Source: a virus
Taxonomy: Duplodnaviria > Caudoviricetes
Direction: 5' to 3' (one strand)
Virus record (IMG/VR): IMGVR_UViG_3300032295_003128
Span: 8,116 to 72,115 of that record
Length of the DNA: 64,000 bases
A program made the translations under genes and the position numbers. The notes beneath the pieces were generated by a model, which saw only the letters and a list, made by a program, of their open reading frames with translations, was not told where the DNA came from and did not search any database. Positions 1 to 7,958 of the stretch are shown one piece after another (position 1 is the stretch's first letter; the number at the start of each line of letters is the position of its first letter).

Positions 1-1284
1 GCGAAACAGCAGCTCGGCATCAAGGGCGAGTGGGTCTCCCACTGCACCCTGCCCCGCCTCAAAGCCATGCTCAAGGGCGAGATGACTATCGCCGACGCGC
101 AAGCCGCTTCCCTCGCTGACCAAGCGAAGAAAGCGGGCCTCTCGCTCGGCGGCGGCATCGACGCCACTGCGCTCAAGCCGCTTGAAGCCAAGCTCACCGA
201 GCTGGCAGGTATCATATCGTCGCTCGACGACGAGGTGACTACGGCCAAGTCCGAAGCGGCCAAGCTCGTCGGCGACTTGCACACGGAGATGTCCGATCGG
301 CTCACCGAGTCGCACGATGCCTTCACCAAGCTGCAAGATGCCGTCACCTCGGCGCTCGCCAGCGGCGGTTCGGCTGCGGCCAAGGTCATCGCTCCGATCC
401 TCGGGGTGCCGACGCCTTCCTCGTCTGACCCCGTGGTCATGGCGCTGGAGATGTTCTGCGCTCCAGGCCGTGCGATCAAGCCGCTGCTCGTCAAGGGCGG
501 CCAAGGCGCGGGCAAGACCTACGCTGCGCGTCAGCACGGCATGACCGCCGGCTTTGACCGCTGCGTGGAGTTCGGTGTCCACTCCCAGACCGAGGCCGTG
601 GACTTCCTCGGTATGATGATGCCGAGCGGCGAGTGGCTCGACGGCCCGTTGACCGAGGCGTTCCGCGCTTCGGCTCTGGGACAGCTCGTCTTGCTTATCA
701 TTGACGAGATCTATCGTGGTCAGAACGGCGCTCGCACCCCGCTCCTGACCGCCACGTCTCCGGCCACGCTGCCCAGCGGCGAGCGGGTCTATCGTCTCCG
801 CACGGGTCGCGCCATCGTCGATCCAGTGACCGGCGTTCACACCTCCGAGATCATCGAGGCTCCTTGCCAGAACCTCGCCATCGTTGCCACGACCAACGTC
901 GGGGCCGAGTTCAACGTCGATCCGGGCTGCCCCGCCGAGCGCGAGCGGTTCATCCCTATCCACGTCGAGGTTGACGAGGCCAAGATCCGCGCTGTCTGCG
1001 GCGCTATCGCCACGGCCAAGGGCTACAGCTCCTCCGTGGTTGACCGCACACTCGCCTTCTACCGCGAGTGCAACGTCCTCAAGACGGACGGGTTCATCGA
1101 ACTCTGCCCGTCCACCCGCATCCTCTCCGAGGCGATCCAATACGCCGACAGCGAGGCCAACGTGAAGTCGATGCTGCGCGAACTCGGATTGCACATCTGG
1201 GTCGGCACCACCATCGAAGGCAAGCCCGAGGAAGAGCAAGTCAAGCGCGTCACCACCGCACTCGACAAGGCCTTCGGGAAATAA
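1..1284 (+). CDS. MoxR/CbbQ-type AAA+ ATPase with N-terminal coiled coil (5'-truncated by window edge)
   Basis: Walker A GGQGAGKT, Walker B LLIIDEI, sensor-1 VATTN, AERERF arginine finger. The frame is open from base 1, so the true start lies upstream. Confidence 0.85.
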   Translation, partial: AKQQLGIKGEWVSHCTLPRLKAMLKGEMTIADAQAASLADQAKKAGLSLGGGIDATALKPLEAKLTELAGIISSLDDEVTTAKSEAAKLVGDLHTEMSDRLTESHDAFTKLQDAVTSALASGGSAAAKVIAPILGVPTPSSSDPVVMALEMFCAPGRAIKPLLVKGGQGAGKTYAARQHGMTAGFDRCVEFGVHSQTEAVDFLGMMMPSGEWLDGPLTEAFRASALGQLVLLIIDEIYRGQNGARTPLLTATSPATLPSGERVYRLRTGRAIVDPVTGVHTSEIIEAPCQNLAIVATTNVGAEFNVDPGCPAERERFIPIHVEVDEAKIRAVCGAIATAKGYSSSVVDRTLAFYRECNVLKTDGFIELCPSTRILSEAIQYADSEANVKSMLRELGLHIWVGTTIEGKPEEEQVKRVTTALDKAFGK

Positions 1285-1347
1285 CCTGACCACCTAACGC
1301 GTAACCGCCCTTTCCAATCTGGGAGGGGGCGGCCGCACCAAAACACC

Positions 1348-1782
1348 ATGTTTAATTCAAGCGGATTCATCGAGGGTATCAAATCCCTCTACAATCAGGG
1401 CGTTCGTAAGATCGTCACTGATTTCAGCGGCGGAGGCGACTCCGGCGATATCAACTACATTGCGTTCTATAGCGCGGGCGGTTCGGAAAAGCTAACCGTC
1501 GAAGAGCCACTCGACTGGCGGGATGAGATGCACAACATCATCACCAGCGAGGTTCATTGCGACTGGTATAACAACGAGGGAGGCGGCGGTTCGATCGTCA
1601 TCAATCTCGAAGTCAACCCGCCGACCATCGAGGTCAACTCGTATTGGAACGAGACTGTCTGCCGCGACGAGCCGACTGTGACTGACACGCTGGATCCGAC
1701 GCTCGTGCTGCCGAAGCCGGCCGTCCCAGAACACGCGGCTGTCCGCGCTGCCAAGAAGCTGCCGAAACGGGGGGCTTCGTAA
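1348..1782 (+). CDS. DUF6878-like protein
   Basis: FSGGGDSG and DWYNNEGGGG motifs; directly upstream of the DUF6915-like gene. Confidence 0.7.
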   Translation: MFNSSGFIEGIKSLYNQGVRKIVTDFSGGGDSGDINYIAFYSAGGSEKLTVEEPLDWRDEMHNIITSEVHCDWYNNEGGGGSIVINLEVNPPTIEVNSYWNETVCRDEPTVTDTLDPTLVLPKPAVPEHAAVRAAKKLPKRGAS

Positions 1783-2190
1783 ATGCACCCTTACCATCAC
1801 GCGCTCTCCAGCGCCAAAAGGTTCGGAGGCCAGCCCGAGGACTACCTCGCGATCCATCACTGGTTCGACGAGTCGAAGGAACAGTTCGCCAACTTCCGCC
1901 ATCGTGCGCTGCGTCATCACGCGCAGGGCATCTACGAGTGTGAGCGCAAGTTCGGCATCACCATGACCAACTCGGACGGGCGCACGTTGCCTGTTCGTTA
2001 CATCGGCGAGCAGCACGTCAACGAGGACATCGGGTTCATCCCGTCCCTCCAAGACTGGCTCTCCGCCATCGTCCCAGAGCCGTGGATGCGGAGTCGCCCC
2101 CATGGCGTGGACAAGAACACCGAGGACGAGGCCGTCAATCGACGGACTGTCCGCAAAACCAACACAACCAAGAAGGAGATCAAACTATGA
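1783..2190 (+). CDS. DUF6915-like His-rich protein
   Basis: HPYHHALSSAKRFGG..PEDY..IHHWFDESK, RHRALRHH, EQHVNED. Confidence 0.75.
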   Translation: MHPYHHALSSAKRFGGQPEDYLAIHHWFDESKEQFANFRHRALRHHAQGIYECERKFGITMTNSDGRTLPVRYIGEQHVNEDIGFIPSLQDWLSAIVPEPWMRSRPHGVDKNTEDEAVNRRTVRKTNTTKKEIKL

Positions 2191-2453
2191 GATTAGTGAA
2201 ATTCACCCAAGTTCACGCCGACACCGGCACCGAGGGACTGATCTATGTCAACCCAGAGCAGGTCGCCCGCGTCATTCCCAAGACTTCCGTTTTGGAGAAC
2301 GTGTCAAAACCCAAAGCTGTCAGCGCAAACACCCGCATCTCAATCGCCAGCACGGCGCAGGGAGTTGCGTTCTGGGTCAAGGAGACGCCCGACGAAGTCG
2401 TCGCTGCGTTGACTGGCTCATCCGTTGCCGTCCGGTTGGCGGCGAAATTCTAA
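2187..2453 (+). CDS. hypothetical protein (MRLVKFTQ...IYVNPEQV)
   Basis: ATGA overlap with previous stop; AAGGAG Shine-Dalgarno upstream. Confidence 0.7.
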   Translation: MRLVKFTQVHADTGTEGLIYVNPEQVARVIPKTSVLENVSKPKAVSANTRISIASTAQGVAFWVKETPDEVVAALTGSSVAVRLAAKF

Positions 2454-2470
2454 CCAGAAAGGAAAACATC

Positions 2471-2704
2471 ATGTTACAGATCATACAACGTCCCCTCCCC
2501 ACCGGAGGGATTGAAACCGAATACCTCGCAGTCCCCTCGCCCGAGGAGATTGCTGCCGAGGTCGAACGCATCGAGTTCGAGCGCAACTCGTGGGCGCGCA
2601 AACGCTACGCAGCGTTCGCCAACTACGATGTGGACACGCTTACGTTCGACGATGAACCCGGCCACATTGTCCCAGACCATGAACCCGTGGAGGAATTCCT
2701 ATGA
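2471..2704 (+). CDS. hypothetical protein
   Basis: GAAAGGA SD then ATG at 2471; packed in operon. Confidence 0.65.
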   Translation: MLQIIQRPLPTGGIETEYLAVPSPEEIAAEVERIEFERNSWARKRYAAFANYDVDTLTFDDEPGHIVPDHEPVEEFL

Positions 2705-2871
2705 AAACTGATCCACACATCCTCGAAGCGGCGGCGCACTTCAATAGCCACCACGACTACAGCCTCGATGCGATCCTGGCTTTTGTGTCCGTGGCCCTGC
2801 GTCACGCGCACCAAGTCCAACTGGCTCGCGTCAAAGAAGAAAACCCGCAACTGGAGCTTCCCATCGAATAA
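2701..2871 (+). CDS. 56-aa hypothetical protein (MKTDPHILEAAAHF...), not in ORF track
   Basis: ATGA overlap with previous gene; fills the gap to the ATG at 2873. Confidence 0.6.
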   Translation: MKTDPHILEAAAHFNSHHDYSLDAILAFVSVALRHAHQVQLARVKEENPQLELPIE

Positions 2872-2872
2872 C

Positions 2873-3184
2873 ATGAGCATCATGGACATCATGGAAGACA
2901 TCAAACAGAACGTCGATTCGCTGCTCGTAGACCGGCAGTCCAAGCGAGTTCTGGCGATGCACGACCTCTCTCGCAGGGAGCCGAGCTACGAGCGCGGCTG
3001 TTTTGGCAAGGCCGATCTCGGACGTAGCTACGTCCGGCAAGCCGACCGAATCAGCCGTAAACGTCATAAACACTACGGCGTCTACCGCTGTCCGCATTGC
3101 GGCGGCACTCACCTGACAACCAAACTGGAGAATCGGGGGCAATACGCACCGCTTCTCTACATCACAAAAACGAAAGGAAACTAA
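2873..3184 (+). CDS. small zinc-finger protein
   Basis: YRCPHCGGTHLT motif. Confidence 0.65.
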   Translation: MSIMDIMEDIKQNVDSLLVDRQSKRVLAMHDLSRREPSYERGCFGKADLGRSYVRQADRISRKRHKHYGVYRCPHCGGTHLTTKLENRGQYAPLLYITKTKGN

Positions 3185-3188
3185 AATC

Positions 3189-3401
3189 ATGATTGAAATC
3201 GATACCGAGTCCACCCTCTACGTCTGCACCGATGGGACAAACGCCGAGGTTCACATCCTTGCTCCCAACGGCAAGGCATACACCCACACCGAGCATCTCC
3301 GCATCGACGACCCTGACCCGTATGGGCCTCACGGCACAGACGCGGCGGTCTTCAAGCTCCTATGCGAGACCGATATGGAACACCACACGTTCGACATTTA
3401 A
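3189..3401 (+). CDS. hypothetical protein
   Basis: GAAAGGA SD upstream; operon packing. Confidence 0.6.
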   Translation: MIEIDTESTLYVCTDGTNAEVHILAPNGKAYTHTEHLRIDDPDPYGPHGTDAAVFKLLCETDMEHHTFDI

Positions 3402-3433
3402 CCACCAACAGTTCTTGTTACCGGAGGAAACGC

Positions 3434-3574
3434 ATGAAAATTAAAATCCCTAAATCCCTGATCCAAGAAATCACTGATGTCGTCGACGGAGGATTAGACC
3501 TGCCCGCGACCCCCGAAGAGTGGGGCGACTTGGTCGAAGAACTCCTGCGGCGTGAATTTGACATTATCTACTAA
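3434..3574 (+). CDS. 46-aa acidic hypothetical protein
   Basis: GGAGG SD then ATG at 3434. Confidence 0.55.
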   Translation: MKIKIPKSLIQEITDVVDGGLDLPATPEEWGDLVEELLRREFDIIY

Positions 3575-3619
3575 CCATGAGCTACGAATTCCACACCGAA
3601 GAAAACGAAAGGAACTACC

Positions 3620-3871
3620 ATGAGTAACTACGAAACACTCAAAGAAGTAATCGGAAGGTATCACGATGACGCGCAAAAAAAGCTCATCGACAACAACAAC
3701 GAGATCGAAATCTTGCGAAAGAAATTGGCTGACCGCCACAACAGATACCAAGTTGACCCCAACGAAATGTTGGCTGCGGCAGACGAACGCTACAAGTTGG
3801 AGATCCGCGCCGAGTATTATCGAGGCATCGCCGACTTCGCCCGCGTGTTAATCCGGAAAGCCCGAGACTAA
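3620..3871 (+). CDS. coiled-coil hypothetical protein
   Basis: GAAAGGA SD; TAATG overlap with next gene. Confidence 0.65.
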   Translation: MSNYETLKEVIGRYHDDAQKKLIDNNNEIEILRKKLADRHNRYQVDPNEMLAAADERYKLEIRAEYYRGIADFARVLIRKARD

Positions 3872-4287
3872 TGCAAACATTCCTTCCCTACTCATCATTC
3901 GTTGAGTCGGCCGGGGCGCTGGACAACCGGCGCCTTGGCAAGCAACGAGTGGAAACCATGCAAATCCTCAACGCCCTATCACGCGCTGACTACGGCTGGC
4001 AGAACCATCCGGCGGTCAAAATGTGGCGGGGCCACGAGCATCAGCTCATCATCTATGGGCTGGCGATTTGCCTCGAATGGCGGAAGCGCGGCTTCAAGGA
4101 CACTTGTTTCGACAAGATCGAGCTGTTCTTGACGCTGTATCCGCACAACACCGCAAAGTTCGATTGGGTCACGGACGACCTGTGTCGCTCGCACCAGTCG
4201 AATCTCAAACGCAAGGATCCCGCTCACTACGGGCCGCTGTGGCCCGATGTTCCTGACAATCTGCCCTATGTCTGGCCGATTGTTTGA
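3871..4287 (+). CDS. pyrimidine-dimer DNA glycosylase / T4 EndoV-like (MSMEG_6728 family)
   Basis: MQTFLP, LDNRRLGKQRVE, NHPAVKMWRG, HQSNLKRKDP, YVWP family motifs. Confidence 0.8.
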   Translation: MQTFLPYSSFVESAGALDNRRLGKQRVETMQILNALSRADYGWQNHPAVKMWRGHEHQLIIYGLAICLEWRKRGFKDTCFDKIELFLTLYPHNTAKFDWVTDDLCRSHQSNLKRKDPAHYGPLWPDVPDNLPYVWPIV

Positions 4288-4335
4288 ACGGGTTACTAAC
4301 CTTGCATGTCTACAACCTCAATGGAGAAACAAACC

Positions 4336-4632
4336 ATGAAATATCGTGAACACAACGGCCCTCTGCTGGCCCCCGAGAACTACATCCACCTCTGGAAAGC
4401 AGCGTCCAAACCCAAAGCGGAACCCAAGGCCTACGTCTGCCGTGACCTGTGGCGCCGCCTCACTACTGCCCTGCTGGCCGGAGCCAAGCTCCTGATGCTC
4501 GCAGCATGTAGCCCGAAGCCTGAACCCCTCGCCCTCGATCCGCTGGATCTGGCTTGGGTTCAGCCCGAATCGGCCCGCGCTGAACGGGCCAAGACCCTTC
4601 CCAGAGTGGAAGGCAATCCGTTTCAACTCTAA
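4336..4632 (+). CDS. hypothetical protein with internal hydrophobic/lipobox-like segment (LAAC)
   Basis: GGAG SD before ATG 4336. Confidence 0.5.
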   Translation: MKYREHNGPLLAPENYIHLWKAASKPKAEPKAYVCRDLWRRLTTALLAGAKLLMLAACSPKPEPLALDPLDLAWVQPESARAERAKTLPRVEGNPFQL

Positions 4633-4647
4633 CCCACTAATACTGAT

Positions 4648-4878
4648 ATGTTTCCTTGTGAACGATTCCCAGTAACACCCACCCCGAAAGCTACTTCCGG
4701 GGCGTTTATCAACAAGGCGGCTTGCCGCAAATACATCATGGACTTTGCCGCCAAGTCCCGACACCACACGTTTACTCGTATAGACCCAGCCATTTACGAC
4801 GAGTTGAACGGCGTCTTGCGCCGCCACATGGCGACGATTGTCACCCGGAATCCCAGCTTTGGGAAGACCCTGCGATAA
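4648..4878 (+). CDS. small basic protein, possible histone-fold protein
   Basis: FINKAACRKYI - TRID - long amphipathic helix - GKTL pattern resembles prokaryotic histone folds. Confidence 0.45.
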   Translation: MFPCERFPVTPTPKATSGAFINKAACRKYIMDFAAKSRHHTFTRIDPAIYDELNGVLRRHMATIVTRNPSFGKTLR

Positions 4879-4987
4879 CCAATTAGGGATTGCGGCGGAG
4901 TGGTTTCTTCTCTGGTTAGTATCATCCCCTGTCCAGTAACCGCATAAAAGCTGGACACTTTTCATAACCGTGCTACCTTCCCACCTC

Positions 4988-5362
4988 ATGCAAGTGACGG
5001 CAACCGAGCGCACCTTCGGCCTGAAGGTCAGGGTCAAAGTCGGGGGCGATGCGCTCTCGGCTTGGCGCTCGGCGACCAAGTTCACCGACACCTTGTCCAC
5101 CGACGGGGACGACGACGACTCCGATGCCGGCTGGGCGCTATCCAACGCCAACCGGGCCTACATCTGGCTCAAGTCATGGCCCGAGTCGCGCAAGAAAGGG
5201 AACAGCAAGACCCTGACCCACGAGTGCGTCCATGTCGCCATGAGCTTCCTGCGGGACCATGTCCGCGAGGACATCCGTAAAGCCGAGGAGACATGCTGCT
5301 ACCTAGTGCAGCACTTGGTCGATGAAATCGAACACAAACTTAACCACCGAAAAAAACAATGA
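4988..5362 (+). CDS. zincin-like metallopeptidase
   Basis: HECVH (HExxH) with downstream EE. Confidence 0.6.
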   Translation: MQVTATERTFGLKVRVKVGGDALSAWRSATKFTDTLSTDGDDDDSDAGWALSNANRAYIWLKSWPESRKKGNSKTLTHECVHVAMSFLRDHVREDIRKAEETCCYLVQHLVDEIEHKLNHRKKQ

Positions 5363-5628
5363 ACAAAGAAACTTTATGGGGGCTTCTAATCCAGAACAAC
5401 CCCCGCCTTACCGACGATCCTCATCTGACACCCGAGAGCGCACGGCGCTTTTTCGACATGGTTTGGAACACGGCCTACGGAGCCGGATGCAAGGACATGA
5501 TCGATCGCCAGCATGAGATTGCGGAGAACAGCGACGAACCCACTCAGCAAGATTTTATCAAGTTCCTTGTGGACGCACTTGAACGACTTACCGATGAAAG
5601 CCCGAATCCGAAAAAAAAGAAACACTGA
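5359..5628 (+). CDS. hypothetical protein
   Basis: ATGA overlap; operon packing. Confidence 0.6.
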   Translation: MNKETLWGLLIQNNPRLTDDPHLTPESARRFFDMVWNTAYGAGCKDMIDRQHEIAENSDEPTQQDFIKFLVDALERLTDESPNPKKKKH

Positions 5629-5821
5629 CCCCGCTCAGAGCGACGGCGAAATAGCGTGGCGGAAGCGTTACATCGAGCTTTATGACCAGCAGTGCAACGC
5701 CTACGACGCGCACCGCTTGTGCCTTGAGGCTATCGACGCAAATGAATCCGAACGCGCTGCCGAGCTGCTTGAAGGGTTGGTCGCCGCTCACGAAGAAGAG
5801 GTTCGGCAATTGGTCAAATGA
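5594..5821 (+). CDS. hypothetical protein
   Basis: ATG 5594 in the 5513..5821 ORF; operon packing. Confidence 0.5.
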   Translation: MKARIRKKRNTDPAQSDGEIAWRKRYIELYDQQCNAYDAHRLCLEAIDANESERAAELLEGLVAAHEEEVRQLVK

Positions 5822-5857
5822 AACGCACTAAACTGCTAATTATAGATAAGTTGTTAC

Positions 5858-6124
5858 ATGGCTACTTATAAAGGCAAACAAGTCTCGCTGTATAAGCCCC
5901 GCAAAATGAAGGGGATTACCCCGGCTGGTAAAAAGAAATCTGTCTTCGTCCCCGGGAAAAAAGAGGGAACGGCAAAAGTCGTTCACTTTGGGGACTCCTC
6001 GATGTCGGACTACACGCAGCACCGAGACAAGAAGCGCCGCGCCAACTTCCATTCGCGGCACAACTGCGCCGACAAAAAGGACAAGACCAAGGCGGGATAT
6101 TGGGCCTGTAAGAATTTATGGTGA
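5858..6124 (+). CDS. basic protein, DUF5754-like
   Basis: KVVHFGD...DYTQHRDKKRRANFHSRH...AGYWAC motif. Confidence 0.6.
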   Translation: MATYKGKQVSLYKPRKMKGITPAGKKKSVFVPGKKEGTAKVVHFGDSSMSDYTQHRDKKRRANFHSRHNCADKKDKTKAGYWACKNLW

Positions 6125-6297
6125 GCTACCCCGATTGGATTTGCTCCGATTGCGGACGCAAGCATGGCAAGCGGCCCGAGGGGAATCCCTACGGCGCGAC
6201 CTATCACGAAGACACCTGCGGCGTTTGCGGCGAGGTGACCGAAGTGACCGAACCAAGAGACTACGGACATTTGAAAGATGGCTGGGATAAAAATTAA
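6121..6297 (+). CDS. 58-aa zinc-ribbon protein (not in ORF track)
   Basis: GTG start overlapping previous TGA; WICSDCG ... TCGVCG (two CxxC), TEPRDYGH. Confidence 0.7.
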   Translation: MSYPDWICSDCGRKHGKRPEGNPYGATYHEDTCGVCGEVTEVTEPRDYGHLKDGWDKN

Positions 6298-6781
6298 AGC
6301 TGACTGGTCGGCCATTCGGCTCGGCTACTTGCAGGGCGAAACCTTTCGGGTTTTGTCCCAGACCTATGGCGTCAAAGAGGCGACCTTGCGGAGTCGGGCG
6401 TCCCGCGAAAAGTGGCACGTCCCGCCCAAGCGCGTCCTCACCACGCCCGAGGACAATGCCCTGTCCCTCCAGCGCGCCCACGAACTGTGGCAACAGCGCA
6501 AAGAGCGGGTCAAGGAGTCGGAATACAAGATCGCCGAGCGCATCTTGGCCCACGCCGAGACGATGCCGGAGGATCAACTCATCAACAAGGCGGACAAGAT
6601 CAAGATCGGGGTCGATATCGGCCGGCGGTCCGTCGGCATGGACGTCGAACAGAAGGACGTCAACGCGGTGAACATCGCCATTCTGGGAGACGTGGATGCC
6701 GAGTCTCTCAAGGCCATGAGCTACGACGCTCCGGCGGGGCCGATGCCGCTCCCAGAGCCAGATCTGAACCAAGAACCATGA
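6278..6781 (+). CDS. putative terminase small subunit (HTH)
   Basis: DWSAIRLGYLQG...LSQTYGV...TLRSRASREKW N-terminal HTH typical of TerS, followed by helical region. Confidence 0.6.
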   Translation: MAGIKIKADWSAIRLGYLQGETFRVLSQTYGVKEATLRSRASREKWHVPPKRVLTTPEDNALSLQRAHELWQQRKERVKESEYKIAERILAHAETMPEDQLINKADKIKIGVDIGRRSVGMDVEQKDVNAVNIAILGDVDAESLKAMSYDAPAGPMPLPEPDLNQEP

Positions 6782-6933
6782 AGCTCGTTCCGCTGCTGAT
6801 TACGACCGTCTGCTATTTGCTCACGGCCTGGGGATTTTATAAGGACGCCCAGATGGGCCTCTGTTGGGCCTTCCTCGGATATTCAATCGCAAATCTGGGA
6901 TTTATCTACATCTGCATCTGGGGCAGCCCTTAA
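6778..6933 (+). CDS. small two-TM membrane protein
   Basis: MKLVPLLITTVCYLLTAWG...LCWAFLGYSIANLGFIYI; ATGA overlap. Confidence 0.65.
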   Translation: MKLVPLLITTVCYLLTAWGFYKDAQMGLCWAFLGYSIANLGFIYICIWGSP

Positions 6934-6938
6934 ACTTT

Positions 6939-7262
6939 ATGTCTGAAAACAACACCGAAACCACTGAAATCGCCAGCATCGAGAAGACGGAATATATTAC
7001 GTCGCATCTGATGACGCTGGTGGGAAACTACCTCGCCAAGAAAGACCGCTCCGAGTTCGCCGAGTCCGACGAATTGTTGGCTTCGCTCTTCTCGCAACAA
7101 GCCATCTTGCTCATGGCCGTCAACGCGGTCCCGCACGATGTCCGTAAGGTTCTGGGAGAGGCCATCGACGCAGAAGTCGTAAAACTTGGCGAAGTTCCTG
7201 AAGCGCCCAAGCCGAAGGAAGCGCCATCGAATCTGATCGTCCCAGACCGATTCGAGTCGTGA
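6939..7262 (+). CDS. hypothetical protein
   Basis: last gene of the + strand block; converges with 7284. Confidence 0.6.
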   Translation: MSENNTETTEIASIEKTEYITSHLMTLVGNYLAKKDRSEFAESDELLASLFSQQAILLMAVNAVPHDVRKVLGEAIDAEVVKLGEVPEAPKPKEAPSNLIVPDRFES

Positions 7263-7283
7263 GCGAGGGCTTTTCTGCGCTGC

Positions 7284-7958
7284 TTATCCTTCTTGGGACG
7301 CTGGCGTTTCTGGCTGCTGTTGCGAGCTACCAGAAGTATTGAGCCAGCACCAAGAGGGAAAGCGGTAACCTTCGCTGGCTTTCTCGGCCACGTCTTGGGG
7401 CAGCCACACCTTTGCCCTGAGGTTGCAGCCGCACACGCCGCAGTTGGCAAGGCTGGCGTCCCGCACTGTCTGGCGCGCTCCGATGATCGAGAAGATCGTC
7501 GAGGCCAGATTGGTGCAGACGAAGCATCCACTCATCCCCACGTTCAGGGGACAGGACGCGCAGGTGATTGCTCGTCGATTGGCGGTCTCTTCGTCTACCA
7601 ATCCTTTCTCTCCCAGAGCGGCGCGGACCGCCCCCAGAAAGCGCATGACGTCGTCGATGTTGAATTCCTTTTTTAACCCGACATCGCTGAGCAATTCACT
7701 TGCCTCAGAGTCGCGAGCTGCGAGTTCCTCTTCGGACAGAAGCGGCTGGCATCGTCCCAGATCTTGCTTGGCGCAGGTGAAGTTCTCGATGTCCTGGCGC
7801 GGGTTGCCGGCGGGCAAATTGTTCGCCGCCCGGTGATCACTCACCTGCCCCACGACGAGGTCGAGGATGTTGTTCTGGAACCGGCACTCGGTCTCCGGCT
7901 GGATGTATTGCCACCCCCCTCTGGGAAGAAGCGATGCGTCGTTCCATGCGTAGTTCAT
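7284..7958 (-). CDS. Cys-rich zinc-binding protein
   Basis: CASCP, CFVC, CGVCGC, CW motifs; ATGA overlap with giant gene. Confidence 0.7.
   Translation of the reverse strand: MNYAWNDASLLPRGGWQYIQPETECRFQNNILDLVVGQVSDHRAANNLPAGNPRQDIENFTCAKQDLGRCQPLLSEEELAARDSEASELLSDVGLKKEFNIDDVMRFLGAVRAALGEKGLVDEETANRRAITCASCPLNVGMSGCFVCTNLASTIFSIIGARQTVRDASLANCGVCGCNLRAKVWLPQDVAEKASEGYRFPSWCWLNTSGSSQQQPETPASQEG

Noticed and set aside
3577-3627. 16-codon ORF MSYEFHTEENERNYHE
   Set aside because: Too short to support; largely consists of the next gene's SD region
4886-4929. tRNA-like start GGGATTGCGGCGGAGTGGTT
   Set aside because: No T-loop or cloverleaf follows
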